DNA of 64,000 nucleotides from an uncultured Acidimicrobiaceae bacterium (GCA_963834735.1 CAWICT010000014.1:14962-78961), one strand, 5' to 3'; numbered from the stretch's first letter, positions 37,702 to 48,275 are shown. Notes: generated from the sequence alone by a model not told the origin. Numbers and translations are program-made.

Positions 37702-38466
37702 ATGGCAGACGTCGAGGTAGAGCGGCTGGAGACCTCAGATGACGGTGGCGCCGGGACTTTTGCTCAAGCCACCCAGGCGCAGCCGCCAACTGGGGCAATG
37801 GGGCCGCCGGACAGGCTGCGGGCCCTGGCGCCCATCATCGTCTTCGACGTCGCCGGTCCGCTCGGCGTTTATTACGGCGCCCGAGCCGCCGGTATGTCGA
37901 CGGTCCTGTCCCTGGTGGTGAGCGGGGTGTTGCCCGCCTTCCGGGTGATAGCTACGGTCGTCCAACACCGGCGTTTGGACGCAATCGGTGCACTGGTCCT
38001 GTCCGGCATCGCCCTGGGGACGGTGGTGGGCTTGGTCAGCGGCAGTGCGCGGCTGTACCTCCTGGACGGCCTCGCTCCCACCGTCGTACTGGGGGTTGTC
38101 TGCTTGCTCTCTTTGCTCTCGTATCGGCCGGTCATGTTCCGTGTCGCCCTGGAAACCATGGGAGAGGACACAGCCAAGGGACGTGCCTTCGCCGCGATGT
38201 GGCAGTACGCCACGTTCCGCCGGATGTTCCAAGTGATAACGGTCGTGTGGGGTTTGGTCTTCCTCGCTGAGTCGGCCGTCCAGGCCGTTATCGTGGAGAC
38301 CGCCTCGATAAATACCGCCAAACAGAGTTCCAACTTGCTCCCGGTTGTCGTTCTTGTGCTCACCTTTGTCTGGACCGGTAACTACGGACGGCGTACTCAA
38401 GAACGGGGCGAGCGCGTTCTCGCCGCACACGGCGACCCGCCCGGCGACCCGCCCGGCAACGACTGA
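37702..38466 (+). CDS. VC0807/IspZ-like multi-pass membrane protein
   Basis: ATG 37702 follows a GGGGGGAG SD (GTG 37684 is an alternative). There are 5-6 TM helices. The C-terminus carries a 12-bp x2 repeat (GDPPGDPPG). Confidence 0.65.
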   Translation: MADVEVERLETSDDGGAGTFAQATQAQPPTGAMGPPDRLRALAPIIVFDVAGPLGVYYGARAAGMSTVLSLVVSGVLPAFRVIATVVQHRRLDAIGALVLSGIALGTVVGLVSGSARLYLLDGLAPTVVLGVVCLLSLLSYRPVMFRVALETMGEDTAKGRAFAAMWQYATFRRMFQVITVVWGLVFLAESAVQAVIVETASINTAKQSSNLLPVVVLVLTFVWTGNYGRRTQERGERVLAAHGDPPGDPPGND

Positions 38467-38682
38467 CGTTACAGCTGGCCCCGACCAATGCCTCGGCGCG
38501 TCTGCCACCGCTGATCTAGTGACCGGCTGAGCACAAAGCGTGAGGCGGTCCCTTCCCCAGCGTCCCAGAAACGCGGCAAATAGTCCGCACCACGGCCCGA
38601 ACGGTCTCCGGAGGGGTAGCTCAAGGTACGATTCGGGCGCCGAAAAGACCGGGGTCGGCAAACCCCCAAACCAGGAGGACTG

Positions 38683-40055
38683 ATGCATATGAGATTGCGA
38701 GTTATCCCAAATGTCGCCGTGTTTGGCCTCGCCGCCGCCGCTGCGGTCGTCGCCGTCACCGTCGGGACAGGGCCGAGTTTTGCCGCTCCCCCGACGATAG
38801 GGGGCCAAGGCCAGGTCCTCTACGTGTCGAATACGTCTGCAGGCGGCGCGGCTGACCCGACGCTGTCAGGCGCAGGGGTTTCGGGTGCCTGGGGGCTTCC
38901 GCCCGGCGCCGGGCCGCAGGGTTGTGCGAGCGCCCCCTACACGACCATAACGGCCGCCGTCGCCGCCGCCGCAGCGGGTGACACGATCGTGGTCTGCCCG
39001 GGCGTCTACGACGAGGACGTCGTGGTACCGGTTGGCGAGCCCTTGACCATCGAGGGAATTGGGAACCCTGTGGTTAACGCCTACAATTCTGCGACGAACA
39101 CTTCGTTGAACAACGGAGTGCAGGTCCTCGCCTCTGGCACAACGGTCGAGGGCCTTACCGTCGCCTACGCCACCGGTGAGGGCATCCTCGTCGGAGGACT
39201 TCCAGGCGCCTCGGCCACCATCTCCGACGTCACAATCAGGGGCAACACCGTGACCGACAACGACCGGGGCAACCCGACCGGCGCGGCGCTCTCGAGCTCG
39301 AGCTACGCCGAGTGCACCGAGACTCTGGCCCCCCCGGCCCTCCCGAACCGGGCGACTGCGGCGAGGGGATACACCTTCTCTCCGCCGACAACTCGACCGT
39401 CGAGGACAACGTCGTCACCGGTAACAGCGGGGGCATCCTGCTCACCGACGAGAACGGCGCCCACCGACGGCAACCTGATCGCGTCCAACGATGTGTTCGC
39501 GAACGCCTACGACTGCGGGATCACAGTGGCCGCGCACCACCCGGGCACTACGACCAACGGTACGACGTGGTCGACTGTCCTGCCGACCGTAGGTGGCGTG
39601 TTCAACAACACGATCCGCGATAACCAAAGCACCAACAACGGGGTTCTCGGCCAGGGAGGAGGGGTCCTCCTGGCAACGGGCGTACCAGGCGCGGCCGTCT
39701 ACGACAATCTTGTCGAGGGCAACTTCATCTCGGGGAACGGTCTCGCGGGCGTGACCGTGCACAGCCACTCGCCAGGCTGAGGACCTGAACGGCAACACGA
39801 TCCGGTACAACACGATCGGAACGAACAACCTCGACGGTGACTTTGACTTCGGTCACAACACCCCTCCGGCGATTGACGCGTTGACCACCGGTGTCATAGT
39901 CGCCGACGCCACGGGCAACAACCCGATCAGCATCAACGATCGAGAACAACCGGATCGAGAACGACAACTACGGCATCTGGATGACGCCACTCGTCACCGG
40001 GACCTTCGCCCCGAACATCTTCGTTGGCGTGACCACCGACACCTACACATCCTGA
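38683..40055 (+). pseudogene. secreted right-handed parallel beta-helix repeat protein (NosD/pectate-lyase-like fold), at least 4 frame disruptions
   Basis: AGGAGGA SD precedes ATG 38683, with a signal peptide VFGLAAAAAVVAVTVGTGPSFA. Beta-helix repeats include NTVTDN, NVVTGNSGGILL, NTIRDN, NLVEGNFISGN, NTIRYN and ENNRIENDNYGIW. The sensible reading changes frame near 39330 (C7 run), 39460, 39778 and 39940, and ends at TGA 40053-40055. Confidence 0.65.
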
Positions 40056-40122
40056 CCTCCTGACAGCGGACATAGATGACGAACACCCTCGCCCGGGACC
40101 ATTTCACGAGCGAGGGTGTCGT

Positions 40123-41029
40123 CTAAAGCACGCCGCAGGCAGCAGCGAGGAACCGCATTTGGGCCGGTGCTACCGAACGCCAGAAGCCGCTGGTGTGAGC
40201 TGCCCATGGGCGGAACACTGCTACGTGCGGCCATGTCATCATGCCTGAGAGCTGGTGTGTGGCCTGGTAAAACGGGTCCAGTGTCCCGCAGTCCAAACGC
40301 ACGCTCAAGGATCTCAACGCGTCTACGCCCGTGAACACGTCGTTGGCGTAGAAATCCTCGGCGCCGTCGAACGCTCCGGGCGCAGTCTCGTCGGGCTCGG
40401 TCCAAAGCGCCGGGCTGGAAGCTGCGACTCCTTTGAAGAAACTGCCGTCTGTTGGTTTCACACCTCGCTCCGCGGCGAGGAGCGCTCCATAGCCGCCCAT
40501 GGAATACCCGTGCAGCGCAAAAGGTAGTGTGCCGAGCCTGCTGATGACCAAGGGTACAAATTCATCGACCAGCATGGCGTGGGCGTCGGTACCGTTCGCC
40601 GCGTTTGTGCCAGTAGTTGTCCCCGCCTCCGTCGGCTGAGGCGATCGCCAGCGGCGCACCCACCGAGGCAGCCGCGTCGGGCAAATGCAAGTTGTCGAAA
40701 GCGGCGAACTGGTTGGCTCCTTTCCCGTACAGGCTGAGCACGATCGCTCTCGGTTTGACCTTGGCCGGCAACGAGTAGGCCCAGCCGACCTCCCGGTGCA
40801 TGAACCGGCTCTCGAAGGAGCCCGAGACGATCTGGGCACCCGAGGAGGGAAGGGAGAGGTCGGGGCCGTCGGCGAAGGCCCATTCGTCCTCGAGCTTGTG
40901 ACGCAGCCGGCCGTCCAGGCCAACTACGCCAGCTGTGCCGACGACGCTGGCTCCCAAGGCACCGCCCAGCAAACCAAGGAACCTCCGCCTGCTCACCGCC
41001 ACCGTGCACGCTCCTAACTTGGGTCCCAT
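40123..41029 (-). CDS. secreted alpha/beta-hydrolase esterase (esterase D / Ag85-like), Tat signal (frame disruption near 40605)
   Basis: Twin-arginine leader SRRRFLGLLGG. The N-terminal part reads to ...GGGDNYWH, then continues in another frame (NAANGTDAHAMLVDEFVPLV...ALHGYSMGGYGALL...) to the stop at 40123. The shift lies at an A/T triplet run. Confidence 0.7.
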
Positions 41030-41179
41030 GGGAGCTTTTGCTGGCCTTAACCGGTCCCGATGCCGCCCGGTTCCGGCAACGGGTGCCTATTGGTAGCCAA
41101 ATGAAGGTGCGCTAAGCGGGGCGGACGTGCGGCCTCTCCCCCGCTCACAGCTCAAGGCTCAGACGTCAAGGCTCACACG

Positions 41180-42108
41180 TCAAGAACTGATAGCGGAGGC
41201 CAGGGCTTCTAGATCTTCCGGGCCAGCCACGTTGAGGCGGGCCGCTTCGGGGACGGTGCGGCGGACCATGCCTGAAAGCTCGCCGCCGGGCCGAGCTCGA
41301 CGAACAATTTTGCCCCCATGCCAGCGAGCGCGAGCAGCGAAGCCCGCCAGCGGACTTGCGAGCAAAGTTGGGCCGAAAGAAGCGACCGGTAGCCATCGGT
41401 GTGGGCATTGGCGTCCACGTTGGCGACGACAGGGCAAGACGCCGGTGCAAACTCGGACGCTGCAAGTGCGGCGTCGAGGGGCGCCTGAGCGGGCTGCATG
41501 AGAGGTGTGTGGAAGGCGCCGCCTACTTGCAGAGGGATAACTCGTTTGGCGCCGCCTTTGAGCGAAGCGGCGCTCGCGCCCTCCACCCCTTGCAACGTGC
41601 CAGCTATCACGACTTGCCCGGGGGAGTTGTCGTTGGCGACCCAGGCGCCCTCAACCTCCCGGCACGCCTCGGCAACACCTTCCAGTTCGAGACCGATCAC
41701 GGCGGCCATGGTGCCAGGGTTGGCCTCGGCGGCCGACTGCATTGCCTCGCCTCTTGCCTGGACGAGCCTGGCGCCCTCGGAAGCGCTCAGCGCACCGGCG
41801 GCGACCAGGGCCGTGTACTCGCCAAGGCTGTGCCCGGCAACAGCGGCGAGTTGCTCGGTGAGGGTGCCGTTGCCGAGAGGTCCTTTTCTGGCTGCGTCGA
41901 GCGCCACGAGGCTGAGCGTGTAAGTGGCCAACTGGGCATTGCGCGTCGCCCGGAGCGTCTCGGGGCTCGCGTCGAGCAGCAGATCAGCCAGGTCCCGGCT
42001 TACCACTTCGCTCAATTCGTCGACCAGCTGCCATGAAGGGTGGTCGCGCCAAGGGATCCCCATGCCGGGGCGCTGCGAACCTTGACCCGGGAAGACGAGC
42101 ACGAGCAC
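41180..42108 (-). CDS. fabD: ACP S-malonyltransferase (frame disruption near 41288)
   Basis: LVFPGQGSQRPGMG, AGHSLGEYTALVAAGAL and GAFHTPLM are present. After ...FVELGP the reading continues in another frame (GGELSGMVRRTVPEAARLNVAGPEDLEALASAISS) to the stop at 41180. Confidence 0.85.
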
Positions 42109-42200
42109 GAGCCACGTATGCTACGCCTTTGAACGCGACACAAGTTCCCGACCGATTGGTGCCCGCTGTTGACGCACGCGCGCCTGGCCGAGGAGCGCCG

Positions 42201-43409
42201 ATGCCCTTCGGCGTCTACGTTCACGTCCCGTTCTGCCGGCACCGCTGCGACTATTGCGCCTTCGCCACCTGGACCGGTCGGGAACACCTCTGGGAGCAGT
42301 ACATCGCCGCCTGCGTGGCCGAGGTGAGCCGGCTCGGCGCCGGCCGGGAGGACCGAGTACTCGGCACAGAACGAGGCCCAGCGACCTCGGTGTTCTTCGG
42401 AGGAGGCACCCCTTCGCTGCTGCCGGCCGAGCTCCTTCTCACGGTGCTGGAGGCGCTGTCGGACCGCGTCGGGCTGGCCGAAGGCGCCGAGGTCACGGTC
42501 GAATGCAACCCCGAAACAGTAACGGCGGAAAAGCTGGCCGCCTACCGCGCCGGTGGCGTGACGAGGCTTTCGTTCGGCGTCCAATCGATGGTGCCGCACG
42601 TCCTCGCGGCGCTCGGCAGGGAGCACGAACCAGGTTCGGTCAGGCGTGCCGCCTGCCTAGCGGGAGAGGCCGGGTTCGCAGGGGCCTACAACGCCGATCT
42701 GATCTTCGGGGCCGCCGGCGAGACGATGGGGGACTGGGAGGCATCACTGGAGGCCGTGCTCGCTCTCGACCCCCCTCCGGCTCACGTGAGCGCATACGCC
42801 TTGACCGTTGAGCCCGGGACACCCCTTGCGACCCAGAGCGAGAGGCACCCGTCCGAGGACGACCAGGCTGACAAGTACATTGTGGCCTGTTCTCGGCTCG
42901 ACAGTGCGGGCTACGAATGCTACGAGATCTCGAATTGGGCGCAGCCTGGCGCTCGTTGCGCCCACAACCTTCTTTACTGGTCACAAGGCGAATATTGGGG
43001 GGTGGGCTGTTCCGCGCACTCCCACTTGGAGCTCCCCGATGGCACCGCCCGGCGTTGGTGGAACGTGCGCACACCCGAGCGCTACTGCCGCCTGGTAGAG
43101 GCAGACGAGCCCGTTGAAGCTGCCGGCGAGACCCTGGACGCCGAGCAGCGCCGATGGGAGGCCATGGCTCTCAGCCTGCGCACCTCACTCGGGGTGCCGG
43201 CGAGTGCTTTGCCCGACGAGCTCTTCGACGAGGGGCTTGTGGAGCTGCACGGAGGCGACCCGGACGGCATTGAGGACGGCATTGAGGACGGCACTGGGGA
43301 AATGGAGCACGCCACCAGCCGGGCGGGCGAGCGGGCGGGCCGTCGGGCGGTGCTGACTCCGAGAGGTCGCCTTCTCGCCAACGAGGTGACCGTTAGGCTC
43401 AGGCCCTAA
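42201..43409 (+). CDS. hemW: radical SAM heme chaperone HemW (HemN-like)
   Basis: ORF 42033..43409 trimmed to ATG 42201. The radical SAM motif is in MPFGVYVHVPFCRHRCDYCAF. A 12-bp x2.5 repeat (DGIEDGIEDG) lies near the 3' end. Confidence 0.85.
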   Translation: MPFGVYVHVPFCRHRCDYCAFATWTGREHLWEQYIAACVAEVSRLGAGREDRVLGTERGPATSVFFGGGTPSLLPAELLLTVLEALSDRVGLAEGAEVTVECNPETVTAEKLAAYRAGGVTRLSFGVQSMVPHVLAALGREHEPGSVRRAACLAGEAGFAGAYNADLIFGAAGETMGDWEASLEAVLALDPPPAHVSAYALTVEPGTPLATQSERHPSEDDQADKYIVACSRLDSAGYECYEISNWAQPGARCAHNLLYWSQGEYWGVGCSAHSHLELPDGTARRWWNVRTPERYCRLVEADEPVEAAGETLDAEQRRWEAMALSLRTSLGVPASALPDELFDEGLVELHGGDPDGIEDGIEDGTGEMEHATSRAGERAGRRAVLTPRGRLLANEVTVRLRP

Positions 43410-43420
43410 GGAGACCTGGT

Positions 43421-44470
43421 TTGTCGGACGAGGCGGGAAAGGCAGAGGAGCGGGCGGCTCACGAGGCGAAGGCCCGGCCAGCCCCCATCGACGAGGGCAC
43501 GCCTACCGTCCACGGCCCGTCGCCTGTCCAAGCCCAGGCCGAGGAGGCTCGAAAGGAGGCTGACGAGGAGGCTACCGAGGACATGCCGACGCTGCCCCCC
43601 GCCTCCCGGGGCAGCGTTGTCGGGCTTCGCTGGGCCACTTTCCCGCTAAAGCGCCCTTCCGGCCAGGGCCGTCCCTACCAAATCGGTCCCGACCAAATCG
43701 GTCCCGACCAAGTCGGTCCTTCTCACATCGGCCCTCAGCCGTACGAACCAGGCCCACCGACGGCCGTGCTGCCAATGGTCCTGAGCGCTCCCCAAACGCG
43801 GCCAGAGTACGGCGCGACGGGCGAAGAGGACACCGCCGAAGGCCCAGCGGTCGTCGGTTCAGACGAACTTGATGTCCAAGCCCAGCGGCCCCGTCGTCGC
43901 GGAAGAGCGCTGCTCCTGTTGATCGTGCTCACGCTCGTGGCTGCGGTCGCCGCAGGGGCGCTCGTGCTGGGTGGCGGATCGCCTCACCGAACGGCGGGAC
44001 GAGTGCTGACGCCGCAGACCGCTTTCGAAGGTTTCCTGGCGGAGAGTGCACAGGCTCACCAGCTTGTATCGGCTGCCGTAAGCGATGCGTGCCAACCGGC
44101 GCCACCTTCGACGCCTACCCGCCAGGGACTGATCGTCCAAGTAGGCCGCGCCGTCGAGCTAAGACGCTCAGTGTTGGCCGGCATCGCGTCCGACAGCCAG
44201 CAGCTGTTGAAAATGAACGGTGGGCAGTCGCTTATTGGCGACCTGGACGATGCGAGCGGCGCCTCTTTGTCGGCCGACCAGGGGTACGAGGCCTGGCTGG
44301 AGGATCTCCAAGCGACCGGTTGCTACGGCGCGCCAACCAATGACATTCACTACCGCGCAGCTACCGAGGCATCGCTGGCCGCAAGCGTTGCCAAAGAGGG
44401 TGTTGTTCGCATCTGGGCCGGGGTAGCGTCACGCTATGGTCTGCGCTCTTGGACAGCCGGCCAGCTTTGA
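43421..44470 (+). CDS. hypothetical single-pass membrane protein with an acidic/Pro-rich N-terminus
   Basis: AAGGAG SD precedes TTG 43421. It has a 15-bp tandem repeat (QIGPDQIGPDQVGP, about 43679-43715) and a TM helix ALLLLIVLTLVAAVAAGALVL. I recognise no family. Confidence 0.55.
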   Translation: MSDEAGKAEERAAHEAKARPAPIDEGTPTVHGPSPVQAQAEEARKEADEEATEDMPTLPPASRGSVVGLRWATFPLKRPSGQGRPYQIGPDQIGPDQVGPSHIGPQPYEPGPPTAVLPMVLSAPQTRPEYGATGEEDTAEGPAVVGSDELDVQAQRPRRRGRALLLLIVLTLVAAVAAGALVLGGGSPHRTAGRVLTPQTAFEGFLAESAQAHQLVSAAVSDACQPAPPSTPTRQGLIVQVGRAVELRRSVLAGIASDSQQLLKMNGGQSLIGDLDDASGASLSADQGYEAWLEDLQATGCYGAPTNDIHYRAATEASLAASVAKEGVVRIWAGVASRYGLRSWTAGQL

Positions 44471-44536
44471 AGCGAAGTCGGTGAAAGGTACTGAGAAACA
44501 CGCGATGACCGCAAAGCTCTGTAGAATTGGCCAACC

Positions 44537-44775
44537 GTGACAGAACCCATCGAATGGATCGGCACGCCTGAGGCGTGCGCCCGGCTCGGGGTCACCTTGC
44601 GCACGCTCTACCGTTTCATCGACGAAGGCCAGTTGCCGGCGTACAAGATGGGCCGCGTGATCCGTCTGCAAGCCCACGAGGTCGATGCCTTCATCAAACG
44701 CGCTCGGATCGTGCCAGGGACCTTGGAGCACCTCTACCCGGACCCAAAGGGCACGGTAGGTGGCAGGTCCCATGA
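44537..44775 (+). CDS. excisionase/MerR-like helix-turn-helix DNA-binding protein (3' end inferred through a frame change)
   Basis: GTPEACARLGVTLRTLYRFIDEGQLPAYKMGRVIRLQAHEVDAFIKRA is an excisionase-family HTH. Past about 44780 the as-assembled ORF (to 44953) has low GC3 and overlaps HIT. An adjacent frame ends at TGA 44773-44775, forming an ATGA overlap with the HIT ATG. Confidence 0.5.
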
Positions 44776-45164
44776 AGCTGGCACCGAGGGCCCGAGGTCG
44801 GCTTTTGACCTCGGGGACACAGGATTGGTGCGTTTTCTGCCGTGTGATCGCCCGCGAACTGCCCTCCCGGGAGGCTTACTCCGGCGAACTGACTTATGCG
44901 TTCCACGACCTTCACCCGGTGGCGCCCGTCCATGTGCTCGTGGTGCCCCGTGAGCACATCATGGACGCCTCAGAGGTAACCCCGGAGCACGGCCCGCTGA
45001 TGGTGGAGATGCTCACCGTCGCCCATACCGTGGCGGAGCGGGAGGGCATAGCGGAGGGTGGCTACCGCCTTGCTTTCAATATCGGGCGAGATTCAGGTGC
45101 CGAGGTGCCCCATCTCCATATGCACGTGCTGGGCGGTCGCAAGCTAGGGTGGCCACCAGGATGA
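44772..45164 (+). CDS. HIT family (histidine triad) protein
   Basis: CVFCRVIARELPS and HLHMHVLGG (the HxHxH motif) are present. Start options are ATG 44772, GTG 44760 and TTG 44805. Confidence 0.85.
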   Translation: MKLAPRARGRLLTSGTQDWCVFCRVIARELPSREAYSGELTYAFHDLHPVAPVHVLVVPREHIMDASEVTPEHGPLMVEMLTVAHTVAEREGIAEGGYRLAFNIGRDSGAEVPHLHMHVLGGRKLGWPPG

Positions 45165-45242
45165 CGCACCCGCCGCAGGTCACGACGGGCGCATCAAACC
45201 GGCCTATCGGGCCTTCTTGAACGCTACGCTGGTAGAGCACAC

Positions 45243-46226
45243 GTGCCAGTAACAGTTACAGTCCCAAACCACCTGATGGCGGGCCTGGTTGGCCCACTCA
45301 ACGAGAACCTGCGTTCCGTGCAAGAGGCATTCGGTGGCGCCCGGATCATCGCCCGGGGCAACGAGTTCAACATCGAGGGAGACGACGCGGCCGTCGTTGG
45401 CCGCCTGGTCGAAGAGCTGAGCCTGCTGCTCGAGCACGGCCAAGTCGTCGACCCGCAGGTCGTCGCCCGCACCATAGACATCCTTCGTTCGGACGAACTG
45501 CCCTCCGAGGTGCTGACCGCCGAAGTGCTGCGGTCCGCACGGGGGAGATCGGTCCGGCCGAAGTCGGGCGGTCAAAAGCATTATGTCGACGCCATAACTT
45601 CGAATATCGTGACTTTTGGCATCGGCCCCGCTGGCACTGGCAAGAGCTATCTCGCTGTCGCTCTGGCAGTCCAGGCGCTTCAGGCAAAATCGGTCGAACG
45701 CATAATAATGACCCGTCCGGCGGTCGAGGCGGGGGAGCGGCTTGGCTTCCTGCCCGGTGACCTCATGGCCAAGATCGACCCGTACTTACGCCCACTTTAC
45801 GACGCCCTCTACGACATGCTGGGGACCGAAGGCGGGCGCCGCCTCCTGGAAAACGGGACGATCGAAGTGGCTCCGCTCGCGTACATGCGCGGCCGTACGT
45901 TGAACAGAAGCTTCATAATCCTGGACGAGGCGCAAAACGCGACCCCCGAACAGCTGAAGATGTTCCTCACGAGGATCGGTTTCGGTTCCAAGGTCGTTGT
46001 CAACGGCGACATCACTCAAGTTGACTTGCCCGGTGGCCGCTCCGGGCTGGCCGAACTCGAAAATGTGCTGAACGGGATCGAGGGAATAGCCTTCGTCCGA
46101 CTGACGAGCCGCGACGTGGTACGCCACCGCATCGTTGCCGACATCGTCTCGGCCTACGACGCCTACGAGTCGGGCAACAACGTCGCTGGTAAGTCAGTCT
46201 TGCGCCGCGAGGCGCAGCCCAGGTAG
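45243..46226 (+). CDS. phoH: PhoH family ATPase
   Basis: Walker A in TFGIGPAGTGKSYLAVA, then IILDEAQN and NGDITQVDLP. Confidence 0.9.
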   Translation: MPVTVTVPNHLMAGLVGPLNENLRSVQEAFGGARIIARGNEFNIEGDDAAVVGRLVEELSLLLEHGQVVDPQVVARTIDILRSDELPSEVLTAEVLRSARGRSVRPKSGGQKHYVDAITSNIVTFGIGPAGTGKSYLAVALAVQALQAKSVERIIMTRPAVEAGERLGFLPGDLMAKIDPYLRPLYDALYDMLGTEGGRRLLENGTIEVAPLAYMRGRTLNRSFIILDEAQNATPEQLKMFLTRIGFGSKVVVNGDITQVDLPGGRSGLAELENVLNGIEGIAFVRLTSRDVVRHRIVADIVSAYDAYESGNNVAGKSVLRREAQPR

Positions 46227-46232
46227 GTAGAA

Positions 46233-46928
46233 ATGGCCGTCGAGGTATTCGCCGCGGACGAACAAAACGACCACCCGGTCGATACTTTGCGCTGGGTGCA
46301 CCTCGCCGAGGCCGTGCTCGAAGAAGAGGGCCTCTCCGGCGATGCCGAGTTGTCGGTCCTGTTCGTGGACGAGCCGGCGATAGCCGAGCTCAACAGCAGG
46401 TTCCTCGGCAAGGACGGCCCCACTGACGTGCTGGCGTTCCCGATAGACGAGGAGCCGGTTGAAAGCGGTCGCTCGCCGGACTCCGGTGGGACCGGCCCAG
46501 GGATGCCATCGGAGCCCGAGGATGTCCCGGTGCTGCTCGGTGACATAGTCATCTGCCCAGCGGTGGCCTTCAGGAACGCCCCCGAGCACGCCGGCAACTA
46601 TGACGACGAAGTTGCCTTGCTGGTCGTCCACGGGCTGCTCCACCTCATGGGGATGGACCACCAGGAAGACGATGAAGCAGAGGAAATGGAGGCGAAAGAG
46701 CGGGAGCTCCTCAGCCGGCATTATGCGGAGATCCGCGCGGAGACCTGGCAAGCAAAGCCGGCCGGACCAGAAGCGGCGCCTGGCGACGGGCAGGCCGCGC
46801 TAGGAACTGAGATTCGAGCCCCGCCGACGCGGCAGGTGCAAACGACGGGAACGCTCCTTCCAACGGAGTACGCCCCGCCGACGGGCCTCCTCCCGGCAAG
46901 GACGGGACCGGCGGGAGCGCGTAACCAG
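46233..46928 (+). CDS. ybeY: rRNA maturation RNase YbeY portion (no in-frame stop before the downstream CorC-like gene)
   Basis: The metal-binding motif is in HGLLHLMGMDH. The YbeY-like sequence ends around 46760, then a Pro/Ala/Gly linker runs on without a stop. Confidence 0.7.
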
Positions 46929-48257
46929 ATGCTTGCCGCAACGCATTTATCCAGCCACAATTTCTCCAATGCTGACGCCATCATGGTGGGCGCTGTAATA
47001 GTCCTCATTGTCCTGTCGGCCCTCTTTGCTATGTCAGAGACTGCGATGACACGGATGTCGAGAGTCAAGGCAATTTCGATGGTCGAAGAGCACAAGCGCG
47101 GCGCATCGTCGCTTTTGAAGTTGGTGGAGCACCCGGAAAGCAACATCCCGGTCATTCTTTTTACCCTCGAAATATGCACGCTCGTGGCAGCCACGCTCGT
47201 CGGCGTCGTCGCCGACCAGGTTGTGGGACCGCTGGGGGTGCTGATAGCGACCGTGTTCGAGGTGATCGTCATATTCGTTTTCGCGGAGCTGGCGCCCAAG
47301 ATCTACGCAGTCCAGCATTCCGAGCGGGTCGCCCTTTCGATGGCCCCCTTCCTTTTGGCGGTTGTACATTTCCCGCCGCTGCGATGGGCTACCTGGGGGC
47401 TCATAAAGGTCGCGAACTTCTTCCTGCCGGGCAAGGGGTTGAAGAGAGGCCCCTACGTCACAGAAGAAGAGCTCCTCGCGATGGCGGACACGGCCGCCGA
47501 CGAGGAAGTCATCGAACGCGAGGAACGCAAGCTGATCCATTCGATCATCGACTTCGGGGACACGGTCGCGCGCGAGGTAATGGTGCCGAGGCCAGACATG
47601 GTAACGGTCAATGCGGACGCAACGCTCGGTCACGCGGCAGACATTGCGTCGTCGGCCGGTTTCAGCCGCGTGCCGGTTTACGGCAACGGTATTGACGACA
47701 TTGTCGGTGTGGTCTACGTGAAGGACATGATGCGGGCCGAGCGCGAAGGCAAGGCGGACGAGCCCGTTACGAGCGTCATGCGCCAGGCCCAGTTCCTCCC
47801 AGAAAGCAAGCGAGTGGCCGAAGTCATGCGCGAAATGCAAGCTGGAAAGCAGCACCTCGCGATCGTTGTGGACGAGTACGGCGGGACGGCAGGCTTGATC
47901 ACGCTCGAGGATGTCCTCGAAGAACTCGTCGGCGAGATTTCTGACGAGTACGACATCGAGCGGCCGCGGGTGGAGCACTTGGACGACGGCCAGCTCCAGG
48001 TCGACGGAAGCCTCTCGATCGATGAGGTGAACGAGCTCATCGGCCACGAGCTTCCCGAAGGTGACTGGGACACGGTTGGCGGGTTCCTGTACCACCTCCT
48101 GGGCCACGTCCCTGAGGAGGGTGAAGCGGCTGACTTCGATGGTCACCGGCTCGTTGCCCAGAAAGTCGACGGACGGCGTATCGCACGGGTACTGATCGGC
48201 GTGAGCGTCCCCGACGGGTGCCGCCGGTGCGGCCGAGGCGCAGATCCCCGTCCCTGA
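46929..48257 (+). CDS. HlyC/CorC family transporter (DUF21-CBS pair-CorC_HlyC)
   Basis: DUF21 TM region (IVLIVLSALFAMSETAM, FAELAPK), a CBS pair (VMVPRPDMV, SRVPVY) and a CorC_HlyC domain at the C-terminus. ATG 46929 (or 46981) is taken as the start within the 674-aa ORF. Confidence 0.8.
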   Translation: MLAATHLSSHNFSNADAIMVGAVIVLIVLSALFAMSETAMTRMSRVKAISMVEEHKRGASSLLKLVEHPESNIPVILFTLEICTLVAATLVGVVADQVVGPLGVLIATVFEVIVIFVFAELAPKIYAVQHSERVALSMAPFLLAVVHFPPLRWATWGLIKVANFFLPGKGLKRGPYVTEEELLAMADTAADEEVIEREERKLIHSIIDFGDTVAREVMVPRPDMVTVNADATLGHAADIASSAGFSRVPVYGNGIDDIVGVVYVKDMMRAEREGKADEPVTSVMRQAQFLPESKRVAEVMREMQAGKQHLAIVVDEYGGTAGLITLEDVLEELVGEISDEYDIERPRVEHLDDGQLQVDGSLSIDEVNELIGHELPEGDWDTVGGFLYHLLGHVPEEGEAADFDGHRLVAQKVDGRRIARVLIGVSVPDGCRRCGRGADPRP

Positions 48258-48275
48258 CGGGGCCGAAGAACAGCC

